NCBI GenBank assembly: GCA_029953675.1 | Contig: JAMWBK010000004.1 | Location: 434,001-498,000 of the forward strand | Source of the DNA: Rhodosorus marinus CCMP1338 | Taxonomy: Eukaryota; Plantae; Rhodophyta | Direction of reading: 5' to 3' | DNA: 64,000 bases | In this document: positions 32,736-45,271 of the stretch, in pieces | Layout: the number at the start of each line of letters is the position of its first letter | Position numbering within the stretch: position 1 is the first letter of the stretch | Notes under the pieces: model-generated | Seen by the model: the letters and a program-made list of their open reading frames with translations, nothing else | Databases searched by the model: none | Told to the model about the DNA's origin: nothing | Made by a program: the position numbers and the translations under genes

Positions 32736-35700
32736 TTATACAATAGAATACTTTCCATACTGAGGTTTCTCTTCCGGCCGTGACAGTGCCGCTTCGTCCA
32801 ACCTTCTCTTAATCTCCGACCTCGCGGTCTTAACCGATGATTCATCTGGCCCTTCTATTAGCAAATACAACTTCCTCTCCCCAGCCGCCGGATTCCTAAC
32901 GCACAACGCACATTCGAAACACGAGATCTTTTGTTCAATCCAATCCATTCCATGTACTCCTTTCAAACGCAGAACCGGATCGCCGTCCCAGAAGGAAGCA
33001 TACCTGCCAGGCGGGTAGAACAGTCCTTTGGTTGTCGTGGCACAGTTTGTAAACTCTTCAATGTCCGCGAGTGAATTCTTATGGGTCACCTGATAGTTGC
33101 AGTTACAAAGCATCCCCCGTGGGTTAGAGAAGGGAAAATCAATGAGCACCTCGCTGAGTTGTACCTACCTTCCATCGAGCGTGTTGAGGGTAATCGTTGA
33201 TCTCCAACTCTGTATACTTTCGAAGCGGCTCGTCGTCTTCCTCCGGTTCGGGTTGCTCTACTGGTGCAGCGGCTGCATGACCGAGTCGAAGGTTGATCTC
33301 CGCTGCTGCTTTCGCGGCGGCACTTTGCTCTGCAGACGCGGGGGTAGCAGCTGCGGGCGCTTGCTTCACTGGTTGTTGGGGAGCACTGGGCTGCGGCTAC
33401 ACATAGACGCAACAGATTAGGGGCATGATCTCTAATCAGTTTGGAGGCCTCGAGCAAAAGGATTGTCAGCAAACCGCAAAAACACGTACCCTTGGGGCTG
33501 GTTTGGCGGCCAAGTTGGAGAGCACACTCGCGATTTGTCGAGCGACGATATCTCCCTTCCTCTTCGGATCCACAACCCCTTCCTTCTCAACCTGCTGTTT
33601 TTTCAGCTCGATCTGAGCGCGTACCAATTCACCGTTGTTTGAACCCAAGCTCTCACTCAAAACCTTCTTCGATCCGTCTGGGTTTGTCAACACTGCAGCG
33701 GCGTTGGTGCTCAACGCTTCATTCTTCGCTGTCGCTTGGTCATCGGCTATGGCGCAGAGAATAAAAACGCTCCCTCAACTCAGTCGATGCCAAACGGACA
33801 GTGGATCGTCCACACTTTCACTAAGCTCACCCCTGTTCTGTCCTGATGAGTCCCTCTTTACGTCCTTGATAATAGGCTCATCTTCTTCGTCATCCTTCTT
33901 CTCCGTGCTCTTCACGGCGACGCCATACTCCTCAGCTTGAAGCTTCTTAATTGCAACGTTAGCCTGGTTTTATCCCACAGAAAATAGATGCGATTAGTGT
34001 TGGCATTGATATCGATACGGGTTGGAGGAAAGATGGCCTTTTCTTACGTTTTCCTCGTCTTCAGTGAACTTGAAGCCCTTGCCACCATATCCGGAACCAG
34101 CACCGTGCTTGACAATTCCGGCCTTCCTCTTCTCAGAGAATCCGTCCGCCAGCTTCTGGAGTTCCTCCGGAACAGCCGCTTTCGCAACCTCCTCCAGCTT
34201 TAGCTCCTCCTTTTTCTTGTTAGGATTGGCGTCCTCCACAGCCTTCTTAGCTGAAAGCTCAAGCGCTTTCACGAGCTCACCCGCGTGAATATCCTAAGAG
34301 TTTCCGGCGTTTTCGGGCACATGTCAAATCACAGAAGCGTCCTCAATCGATTCGGATTGTGGCGCAAGGAAGTTCACCTGTTCTTTCGTAATAAAAGTGT
34401 AGGCTGTGCCCTGGTTGCCTGCACGTCCTGTTCGTCCGACACGGTGAACGTAGTCTTCGTAGTGATTCGGAACGTCATAGTTGACCACCACACGTAGATG
34501 CTTGACATCCAAACCCCTCGCGGCTACGCTAGTTGCTACTAGGAGGTCCACAACTTGATTCTTGAAGTCAACGATTGCGGAATCCCGATCATCCTGGTCC
34601 ATGCCTCCGTGTAGAGACAGACATCGTTGCCTGCGTAGCAAGGCACAGTTAGAGAGCGTTCCAATATGGAGACCGGTTCAGTTCGACCAGAATTCAAGCG
34701 GTCTAGGAGAACAAATGGAGTTTGTCATACCCAGTGCGCGCGAGATCTCGGAATATTCTATCAGCTGACTCCTGCCTCTCGACAAAAACGAGGATCGAGC
34801 CTTTTCCTTGCCACTCTGAAATTATATCTAACAACCGACTCAACTTCTTGTCTTCATCGATAACTTCAACGTGCTGTTCGATGGTCGCTGAAGCAACGCT
34901 GTTTCCCCCCACCGTTATTTCAACCGGCGCCTTGAGAATCCTGCGAGCGAGAAATTCCACCTGCGCTTTCAAAGAGCCCGGAAACGCATTAGGGGTACTG
35001 CGTTCCGGATATAGATCCATTCAAGACAGCAAGACCTTAGGCAGCAAGTTGCACACCTGAGATGGAAAAGTAGCAGAGAACATAACTGTCTGCCGTTTGG
35101 GCCGAACGTTTTCGACTATCCTCGTAATCTGAGGTTCAAAGCCCATGTCAAACATCCGATCAGCTTCATCGAGTACGACAAAAGTAACCCGAGCGAGGTT
35201 GGTAATTCTGCCCTGGTTCATTGCGAGCAAATCAATCATTCTTCCAGGTGTGCATACGATGACATCCGCTCCACGTTTCAGGTCAGAAATCTGCTCTCCA
35301 ACCCCAGAACCTCCATACGCACAGACGCATTTGAACCCCATCGCCTTGCAAAATCTTCGGGCTTCGCCGTATATCTGCATCGCAAGCTCCCTTGTTGGAG
35401 CAATGATCAGTCCAACAGGTCCCTCTCCAGGCGCCACCCTCGGCTGTGAAGAGACGTAAACATGTTTCGAAAGAATGAGAAACCATGCGCTACCGAGCTA
35501 CACACAGTTTCAAGGGGGCAACCCTTACCTGAGCCGCCACGTGTCTCATCATTGGTAGCAAGAAGGACAGAGTTTTGCCTGACCCGGTCTTGGCTACGCC
35601 GATGACATCCCGTCCACTCATGATGCACGGAATTGCCTGAGCTTGTATTGGCGTTGGCTTCTCGTACTTCAGCTTAATAATAATCTCCAATACCTTGGAC

Positions 35701-37341
35701 GGTAGCCCACACTGTCCCCACGTCTTCACCGGTCTGGGACATCGCTTTCCACGTATCTTGATCCCACCCAACTCTTTTCGATAGCGCGCAACCTGTGAAT
35801 GAAAGCGGTTGGAGAAGCGAGCGAAGCGCGCATGCGTCAGTGATTGCGGGTTTTCAAATCCAGAAGAATCATTGCTCGAGAGATCACCTGCTCGTCTGTC
35901 ATTCGAGTGAGCTCCGCTGACTCGATGTAGAATGCCTTCTTCACTTCCTCATAGTTCATTGCAGAGTGATTGATTTTCTCATATGTCGGTCGCTTCTTTC
36001 TAAGTTTCGTGAGCCAACTTTCTTCCTCCTCCTCCTCTTCAACAACAAAGTCCTCCTCCTCATCCGATGCAGCCTTCCGAATACCTCCGGCGTCATCATC
36101 GTCAGAGAGAAGCCTTCCAGTGCCTTCTACTTTTTCCCAAAGGACGAAATTCACCACAGGGCTCTTAGTACCGGTGCGAAAAGTTTCACCCAATGAAACC
36201 ATACATTAACCACGGTGACAACTGCCTTACCTGCTTCCTCCTTTGAGTTCGTGACTTGAACTTGCTTCTCAATATTGTTCATAAACGCATCCAGAGTATC
36301 CTCATCGTCACCAGCTTGCTCAGCCGAATCAACCATAATCTCATCAGTCTTAGCTCCATTCGCAGCGCTGGGTGATATGGCAGCAGCGGTTTCTCTCGCT
36401 TTGCTGGCGTCGTTAACCACTTCAACCTCCTCGTCCTCCGCGTCGGAAAGGCCGACAAACTTCTTCTTGTTCTTCTGGAGCTGTTCTTCAAGTCCAGCAT
36501 CGTCGTCGTCCTCGTCACCTAGCGTATGTTGAGGGGGGATGCGTGCTGATGTTTTCAGCCATCCAAACCATATTGGATCGGAAAGCTTGGCGTCCACGCT
36601 AATAAGGCTTGCTGCTCACCTCCAAAAAAGCCGCGAATAGGCTTGGCTCTTTTCTGCTTGAATTTGGTCGTGGCAGGACGATAGTCGGGCGGCTTCGAGA
36701 ACCTGTCAATCTCCGTCCGATTGTCGACCTTGATGGTATCCTTAGCCTGGCTTTCTGCGGGTGGGACAGACTGCTTGTCCCCGATAGCGTCCTGCTTTTG
36801 ATTCTTCTCACTCTCCCGCAGGCCCCCGTTAACCTCTGCCGGTTTTACTACTTCAGATGCCTTTTCTTGCGGGCTCAACTTTGCGTTGGTCGGAGGTGGC
36901 TGCGGACCATGAGCCTCATCGTCTTCAGATGGGCTGCTTCTTCTGTCTCTACGTCGTGATCCCTAAGAAAAACAGACAAAAACGGCGTTTTAGACCTCCC
37001 AGAAAGTCTAATAAAAAAGTATTGGCACTGAATTTGGCGTTTACCTTTCTGTCCGATTCCTCTCGCTCACTTCTGTGTCGTCTGCGCCTTCGATCTCTTG
37101 ACCTACTTCTAGATCGACTCGGGCTATAATCTCTTCGGCTGCCTTTCCTCGAACGCCCATCTCTCTCTCCACTATAAGACCTTCTTCTATGCCTGCTTCT
37201 CTTCCTCGACCTCTCCCGAGGCAGATCCCGGGACCCTCGCCGATCAGTTGAAATCGACCGAGACCGAGACCGAGAACTAGTATGTCGACTCCTACTTGAT
37301 CGATGGTAGTCCTTTCTAGATGAATAGTCGTCTCGACCCAT
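32736..37341 (-). CDS. DDX46: DEAD-box RNA helicase Prp5/DDX46, multi-exon
   Basis: RS-rich N-terminus, [67 protein letters not shown] and a KH-like tail [25 protein letters not shown]. Confidence 0.96.
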
Positions 37342-38291
37342 CTTTGTTCCTATAAACTTCAGACTGAACGACTTATGTGAACTCCCCACACGCTCCCACT
37401 CCAGACCTCAAGCCCAAAAGTCATCAAAACCCAACCAAGTAACTAGAAAAACACCGTTTTTACCTACTTAGACAGCTTTTCGGGGGTCACGTTCATTCTA
37501 CTGGGGAACAAGGATGGCTAGGTTGTTTTCAAGTGAAACTGCAGGCTTCTTTATGGTATTCATAGTCTATACGTATCATCTAGAGCCGTGACTGAACAGT
37601 ACGAGCAGTCATCGCCAATCAGGACCCGCAGCCGTTGGGAGTGAACGGCTGCCTTTCCAAGGTGTGGAGCGTCGGAAGCAAGAACGAAATGTCCATCTGA
37701 ACAGACCCCAAGATCCTATATATGATGAGATATTCTGTCTATAATCTTCACCTGCTCACGTCAGTACGAGTCCTCGTCGATGACGGCGACGTTCGCTGTT
37801 GCCGAAAGGAAACGAACAGGCGGGGGCAGCCGAGTGGAACCATTCTGACAGGAACAAGCCGTACGTGCTTGACAATATCCAGTTCCACATAGCACGTTCT
37901 CTATCCTCATTTTACCGGCTGCCACTTTGTCTTCAACGTCGTTGCTGCCTCGTTCGGAGTCTATATGGCAATCTCAATCACCGAAAACACTTCAGGGTCA
38001 TCAACCCAACCAAATCAATCATTACAGAATATATTGATTGATATACCCGTAATGATTGCTTTCAGAAGTTCAGGTGTCATGAGCCGGTATTCTTTGGCCT
38101 GGAGATATTTCATGCTAGACGAATTTTCGGTTGCCTAGACATTAGATAAAGCGCTTGGATCGTGGGCTTGAGGAGGATGGGGGAGGAAGATGGGCTGCTG
38201 AGATTTGGACTGTTTCCCCTTTGTTCATTTGCTTTTATCGCTAGCCTTTTAATTGGATTTTTTTTCCTTAAGACGCTCCTTGGGCTTGAGG

Positions 38292-39418
38292 ATGGATAGG
38301 AAAGGTCAGGGCGATTGTACGGATAGGACGACAAGTTGTCGTGGTGGTTCGTCAAGGTATGGTGACGCTCCACGGTCGTTTTTTTCCGCCCCTGTGCGTC
38401 CTCCGATGCGAGAGGGGGATCCTACCGAGTACTCAAGACCGGTTCCAATGAGTGATCGACGTTCGGGGCCTCCGAATACCCGCTTGGGAGGCTTTCACTG
38501 TGTTCTTTCTTCAGGGCTGCCCGTGCAGAGCTCACTTAGTGAAGATTTGGTGAGAAGGACTGCTACCTAGAGGCCTCCGTGTTCTGTTGAAATATCGCTT
38601 CGCTCACCTCAGTACTTCAAATTCAAGAGGAGGAGGGACCTATTTCCTCGAAGCCAAAGCAACCCGGGCAGGAAGGACTCGGCTCTACCCAAGCACGAGT
38701 CTCCAAGCCAGGATCGCAGCCAGCAAGAACGGCCTTCTGGTACAATGGTCCGTGTGCAGGATCAGCGTCAACTGATTATGATCAAGGACCACTTGGAAAG
38801 GTTGGCCGCCAGCCCCTATCTGCTCCCTCACAGAAAAAGTGGAAACGGGGTTTGTCACCGATAGGAAGCTCAACTAACATCGTAAGAGAAATGTTCATCA
38901 GGATATCCGCCTCCGTAGAGGTTCTTTCAGCGAAGATTCATGACCTGCAAAATTCCAAGTCCGCATTTCTTGAAACACGTTTTAACCAATCACACGCTGA
39001 CTTGGAGCAAAGACTGGACGATCTTATTGCCAAGAGTCTTGCGGTATCGCGTGTCCACAGGCCATCACCATGTGCAGTCCATGGCTACACGTTTACTGCC
39101 TTGAATGTTCCTGAAACTTACATTCAGAACTCGGACTTGCCTTAGAATCAATCGGTGCAGATCAAGGCTGAGACTGCAGCCATTTTTGCTAGAAGCGCAT
39201 CAGAGCTCGAGAGAAAACTGCAAGCGCTCCTACAAGACCTACCTGCACGCAACTGGCAGGTCTTGGAAGACTCTCCAGTGACTCTTTCAACCTCCAGAGA
39301 TATATTTGAGGAGGTAGTCGGCATTTCAGACATAGTCGTGAAACGTAACCACAAAACTAATCCAGCGAGCACGGTGACCGCAGGATTCTCTGTCCGCAGC
39401 TTGGGAGACCTGCTCTGA
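38292..39418 (+). CDS. Hypothetical multi-exon protein with coiled-coil segments
   Basis: Consecutive + ORFs (38253-38570, 38852-39145, 39155-39418) with heptad-like ELERKLQALLQDL and DLEQRLDDL. Exon structure is unresolved. Confidence 0.45.
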
Positions 39419-40046
39419 TGACCGCTGATTGAGACTATGAAAATACAACTGCTGCGCTCTTGTCAGTGGACACGCCCATAATTCTGGACGTTTATGATTT
39501 CGGCGGTTTATAACTTCGCTAATTGGGATCGGCGGCCTCGCGACCGCGGAAATCGTACATGTTCAGGGCCTTCGTTAGAACTCGGCTGCTAGATAAGACT
39601 TTTAGCACTCGATTTTGCTATCTTTCCAGACAAGACAAGAGGCTCTAGGTAAAAACCGAAGCAGAATTTTGAAGTCTTTGAACGATTCTCGCACCCTCCC
39701 GTTTGTTTTAGCACCTGGAGAGTGGATCTCGTTCCGTCTGGCAGCTTTCGACGATCAAAAGCGCGTAGGATGGCATATGCAAGAAAATGAGTGAGCGATT
39801 GCTGTAGTCATATCGTCTAAGTAGAGGGGGTTCGGTATTCAAAAACCTGTCAATTTGGGGAAGAACGAATCGATGATGACTAGAAGTGAAGCTACCGGAT
39901 TCGCTGAGAACGATTGCGGGTTAACGTTCGGGTTACAGTTCCGATGTGGAGGAAAAGGACGCTGAGTAGGGAAAAGGCTGGTCTCTGGTGAAGGTTCTTG
40001 AACAAGGACGTGTTATTACGTCCAGGAAGTGGAAATTTGCCTGCGA

Positions 40047-40877
40047 ATGATGACGGCTCCTCCACTCATACCTCCTTTGAGGTTTCAGATCGTGGAGGAG
40101 AATCTGTACCGCGGGGCTTTTCCGTCTCTTAAGAACTATCGATTTCTTCGAAGGTTGAAGCTTAAGACGATCATTTCTCTTACCCCGGGAGACGTGTCTT
40201 CGGCTGATATTCGAGAATTCAATTCTCATGAGGACTTGAGGGACTTTTGTCAAAATGAAGGGGTCAAGCTCATTCATTTCAACGTCGCCAAGCATGCTGG
40301 CATGGTGATGATGACTCCCAATCTCGTCGCTCGAGTGGTGTCCTTGATGATCCGGGTGGAAAACTATCCCCTCTACGTTCACTGTCGAGATGGGGGCAAT
40401 AACACTGGCCTGGTCATCATGGTTCTGAGGCGACTGCAGAACTGGAATCTGTCCTCAATTTTCATCGAGTTTATGAGACACCTAAAAGCTTCTGAAACTC
40501 TGTCTAGGGAAGAGTCCCAGTTCGTAGAATCGTTCCGAGCTGTGATCGATGTACCACCAACTATACCAAAGTGGCTCTGGCAGGGAAGAGTTCCTACATA
40601 CCATCCGACCATGCAGCTGAATATAATATCCCCGCCTCCGTCCAAAGTCCCAAAGTCGCCATCAAACAAGGAGACGACTCGGCGACGGCAGGAGATCATG
40701 CAAGACATCACCAAGGGCTCGAAGAGAGTTGAGACCAGCCTCATCCGCGGGCTGCTTCTGGCTAACGGGAGGAAGTCCGACGATCCTCGCTCCGGAAAGG
40801 AACAGTCACAGTCGCGACTGATTCAGGGTCTCGGCTTGGAGGGGCTCTACCCTTTGACGAGGAGATCCGGGCGATAA
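40047..40877 (+). CDS. Siw14/OCA-family (OCA6-like) tyrosine-phosphatase-fold protein
   Basis: IPPLRFQIVEENLYRGAFPSLKNYRFLRRLKLKTIISLTP; YPLYVHCRDGGNNTGLV..LRRLQNW. Confidence 0.88.
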   Translation: MMTAPPLIPPLRFQIVEENLYRGAFPSLKNYRFLRRLKLKTIISLTPGDVSSADIREFNSHEDLRDFCQNEGVKLIHFNVAKHAGMVMMTPNLVARVVSLMIRVENYPLYVHCRDGGNNTGLVIMVLRRLQNWNLSSIFIEFMRHLKASETLSREESQFVESFRAVIDVPPTIPKWLWQGRVPTYHPTMQLNIISPPPSKVPKSPSNKETTRRRQEIMQDITKGSKRVETSLIRGLLLANGRKSDDPRSGKEQSQSRLIQGLGLEGLYPLTRRSGR

Positions 40878-41035
40878 TGGTCTATTCCTGACTCGCCTTG
40901 AACTTTCAGAAAACTGTACAATCACGCTCGGAAGGATTTGGATCAATTGCGCTGTGAAATTTTGGTGTGAGTTGCGAGTGCCCAAGGAACACGCCGAAGA
41001 GTAGCGCTTGAGAACTTTGTACGTTTGACGGTCTT

Positions 41036-42482
41036 TCACGTTCGCAACTCGTACTGGTCCTGGCCTTCGTTTGGGAAACTGTCGTCAAATTCGCTCTCCT
41101 CAGAGTAGTTGCTTGACGCGTATGGATACGAATAGTCGCTTTCAAATCCGTGAGCTGCAGGCCTGCAAGTATTCACAGAAGTCACAGCGGGAATAAAGGT
41201 ACAGGAGGATACCGAGACAAAACATTGTAAGGAGAGTGCTGCGGACGAGCCAAGTGATCCCCTCTCGACCCTCCCCTGGGGGCTGAGGTTGGAATCCACG
41301 CTGAAGATGGGAGCACTTCTGTGAGGAGCTACTTACTCGCAAGAACGTCGTAATCGAGCTAAAACTCGTTCGTTGTATATATAAACAAGAGCATAGAAGA
41401 AGCCCTGAAGACCCGAGCATAGGACGTGGATAACTTTGAGACCAAAGTTGGGGTTTGAGCCGAAGATCTCGTAAATACGATTAATAGTGCTTCCAGTTCT
41501 CACACCAAGGAATACCACTGGGTAGAGACTCGCTTTGAGACCCCTGACAAGCGAGCAAGAGTTGTAAGAACTGAGTCAGTCGACTGGTTTTCACCAAGCC
41601 CTTCCCAGAGGGAAGGTCGGGAAACAATCGACGCGGGGCTATGTAAACTCACCAAACAATCGTTTGCTTGGCAAAGTTTTGCGACTCCGGCCCTCTGCCT
41701 TGGACGTCGAGAGCTCGTTTGTACTTTCCGTAAACAGTCCATATGATGAATACATAGGCAACGCAGTTGATGAGCATGAGGATGAACATGGGAATGTAGA
41801 ACAGGGTGAACCTCCAGGGACCGCTTTCTATCCAACACCAGCCGACATCTTCGGTTTCAGTTTCGAAATGTCCGAAGAACAAGAGCAAAGCTACAGTGAT
41901 CAAAGGGATGCCCTGAAACAGACGAGATGTACCAAGACCAGGGTTAGTACAATCGTTAGCATCTTGAGTGACTGGCTATAGCACGACGTTGAGGCGGGCC
42001 CTACCCAGCACAGCAAGTGATAGGCGGGTAGATACTTGTTGGAGACGATAGGTAGGTCACAGCAAAGCACTTGGTACAATTGGTGAGCGATACAAGTCAC
42101 CCAGAGGAAAGATGCGACGTTGAAAAACTGATTTCCAGCTGCTTCTCCAACACACCATTCCGTTCCCCAGTTTCCTATCTTCAGAGTGAACACTGGCATC
42201 ATCAAACAGCAAAAGCTTAACGGGGAGAAAATAGTTCACAAACGCAAGAAAGGGAAGTCAGTTCTATGGTTCCCAGACTCAGCATTAACAACCGGCCAAA
42301 AGAGAAGCTGATCTGGGGTTGGCATACCTCAACCATAAAACGGGATCGTTAAACCTCCTCTGAGATTTTCTCAAGAAAATATGCGCGAGCAATACTATGA
42401 ACGAAAACGCGAAGGAAATGCCGCCGCAGATTACCATGACAAGGTACAGTTGATCAATCTGGCTTTGACTGAGGTTTGCCAT
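41036..42482 (-). CDS. 7-TM GPCR of the GCR1 / Dictyostelium cAMP-receptor-like family, multi-exon
   Basis: Hydrophobic exons with FFNVASFLWVTCIAHQLY, YHLLCW, GWCWI..WRFTLFYIP and GLQGFFYALVY; acidic C-terminal tail. Confidence 0.85.
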
Positions 42483-42509
42483 CCTTCCCGAGTCGTGCCG
42501 CACCACCCT

Positions 42510-42760
42510 TTCTCTCTCTCTCTCTATCTCTTTCTCTCTCTCCCAAAGGTTTGAAGCGGTAAAACGCCTTTCAACAAAAATTCCAAAACGATCTAGACCA
42601 CCTCTTCTGCATGTATCAGCGAAGGCAATGAGCTTGCACCCGAATCTACATACACCTTGCTACTATTATCTCTGTCTGTCTCTGTCTGTCTATCTGTCTC
42701 TCTGTCTCTCTCCCGCCAAAGGCTTCAAGAGGCAAATAGCCTTTCAGCAAAAATTCCAAA
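42510..42760. repeat. CT-rich microsatellites, each followed by a diverged ~55-bp repeat
   Basis: (CT)n at ~42510-42543 and ~42670-42715, each followed by CAAAGG...GCCTTTCA.CAAAAATTCCAAAAC. Confidence 0.7.
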
Positions 42761-43874
42761 ACAGACCGAAAGCCACTACCTCTTCTACATCTTAAACCCA
42801 AAAACGCAAACAAGCTATATTCGTATGCCTTCACTGGTGTCATCTACGATGGTGGTTACAATTGGGAGTAGAAGAAACGGACCTCTTCCAAAGTCATATC
42901 AAGATCTTCCTCAACCTCTTCCCGTCTTTGCCCTCAGCTGAAAAGACAGCACCGTAGTTAAGACAACACTCATGCTCTGCACAAATTCTGTTTCCGTGAC
43001 TGCGGGAAAGGAGGAGAACCATACGGCAGAGTCCATCCGAACCAGAGTTCAGGTTCTCTTCTTGATATCGAACTGGGGTATACCTTGATCACAGGCTAAA
43101 CGCATGTGTCCATTCTATAAGTGGACTTTTACTGTTCATCTGTAAACTGAGCTCGAAAACCGTCGGGCTAGAAACATATATTTGAGGTCGACTTGATGCC
43201 AATGACGAAGATGTCAGTTATGCCACACAGCATGACCCTCACAGTGAATCATAGAGTTTTGAGGAAGCTGATGTAGACCTATGCTTTGAGTGATCTGAAG
43301 AGCCAATGGATAAAGTGACTGTCTTACCAAACCGGCAAAGATGAGGCAAGTGTATATGAATAACTGGACTAGCTAATCGGTTAGCAGCCAAGTCGTGTGC
43401 CTTTCAGATCGGCTTCGTGTGGGGTGGTGTGTGTCCAGTGTCTCGCCTTGCGGTGAATTTCAACTGAAAGCAGTGAGGGTGGTTAGAGAAGTAGGTCGAG
43501 CAGGGTGTTTTCTTGTTCCAGAAAGCCATGCCTCAGGTGACGTCTTTACATCATTCGATTCATTATCGCGATTTCGCCCTTTCAAAAGGAAGAAGAAAGC
43601 ACAACAGACGCCCCGTTCTGTAGCCTGGATGGCGGCGTCCGCGACGCGTCGGAGAAGGGTTGGGTGTCTGCTCAAGAAAGACACGACGGGGTTTCCGAGA
43701 CCGAACCGAGCACCGAAGAGTTTTATGCAACTAAGGAGCGGAGGAAGAACTTCTTCGCGGTGCGGGGAACAAAAATTCGCCTTCGACTGAAAGACAAGCT
43801 AGTTGGCCTCGGCGCTTGGAGCTGATTTTGGTTCTTAGTTGAAGTCATCCTTTCCAACAAAAAGCCGTTTAGTT

Positions 43875-45271
43875 TTAGATGTCGATCCTATCGATGATCG
43901 CCTTTGTATAGTCAGAACACGATGAGTTGCCTCCAATGTCCTTCGTCGTGTACTGAAGACAAAAGCAGAGCAAGTTATTTCGGATCAGTAAGTCAGTTGG
44001 ATTCAGCATCTTTGGGCGGGGGACTGGAGGACCTACCTTGGCCTCCTTGAGGACAGAATAGGTGGCCTTGGCGATTTTATCAGCAGTATCATGAAGATCC
44101 ATCGATCTAAGCATCATCAAAGCGCTCATGAGGAGCGCCGTCGGGTTGGCCATATCCATTCCCTGAATATCAGGAGCGGTGCCATGAACAGCTTCTGCCA
44201 TCATACACCCTTTGCCCATGTTTCCGGACGGGGTAAGGCCGAGTCCACCTGAGCGGAGAGCAATTGGTGACGTCCATCAGACCTCGAAGAGGAGAGCTGG
44301 AAGTCTAGGCGGGTTTACGTACCGATAAGACCAGCGCAGAGATCACTGACAATATCACCGTAAAGGTTGGGCATGACCATAACATCCATACGTCCAGGAT
44401 TGGACACGAGATAGCTTGCGGCGTTGTCTATAAGCATCTCCTCGTAATGGATATCTGGGTAGTTCTTCGCGACCTGCTGAGCACAGCTCAGGAACAATCC
44501 GTCGGACATTTTCATGACGCTAGCTTTGTGAACGGCAGTGACCATTCTAAGGCAGCACAAGGTGTGAATTGTTTCTCAGAACGGTCCATAAGTGGAAACC
44601 CGGTTTGTCAACAACTCCGCTCAGATAGCTTACTTTCTCTTATTCGCCCGGGCGTAGGCGAACGCATATTCTGCAACTTTAAGGGATGCGCTCTTCGTAA
44701 TAACCTTTAGGGATTCAACGACACCAGGAGCTACTTCGTGCTCCAATCCACTGTATTCTCCTTCCGTGTTTTCTCGTACTGTGACGACGTCGACATCCTC
44801 TAAGATCGAATACACGCAAACGCATTTGCGGTGGTTAGAAGCATTGGTCTACATTCCGACTAGGTGGTTGGTAGGTCTACGACAATCCTTACGGTACGCA
44901 GTGTTTACGCCTGGAATACTCTTACAAGGTCTTACATTCGCATAAAGTCCTAGTTCCTTCCGAAGGGTCAAGTTCAGCGACCTATACCCTTTCCCGATTG
45001 GCGTTGCCATAGGACCCTTAAGCGCATATCCATTTTTCAAGACGGAATCCAGTGCCTCTCTGCTAACAATATCCTGTCCAGGCTTGACATTATCCACCGA
45101 AATAATATGCTCCTCCCAGGTTATCGGGACCTTGGATGCCTCCAGGATCTCAACTACCGCCGCTGATATTTCCGGCCCAATCCCATGTCCAGGAAAAAGC
45201 GTCGCTCGGAAGGACTTCCCCGCCGATGATGACGATAAACGCCTACCTACAGAATGAAACCTGCTCCCCAT
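43875..45271 (-). CDS. IDH3A: Mitochondrial NAD-dependent isocitrate dehydrogenase, catalytic subunit, multi-exon
   Basis: [51 protein letters not shown] (catalytic-type DIxSD), [10 protein letters not shown]; Arg/Ser-rich presequence. Confidence 0.95.
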
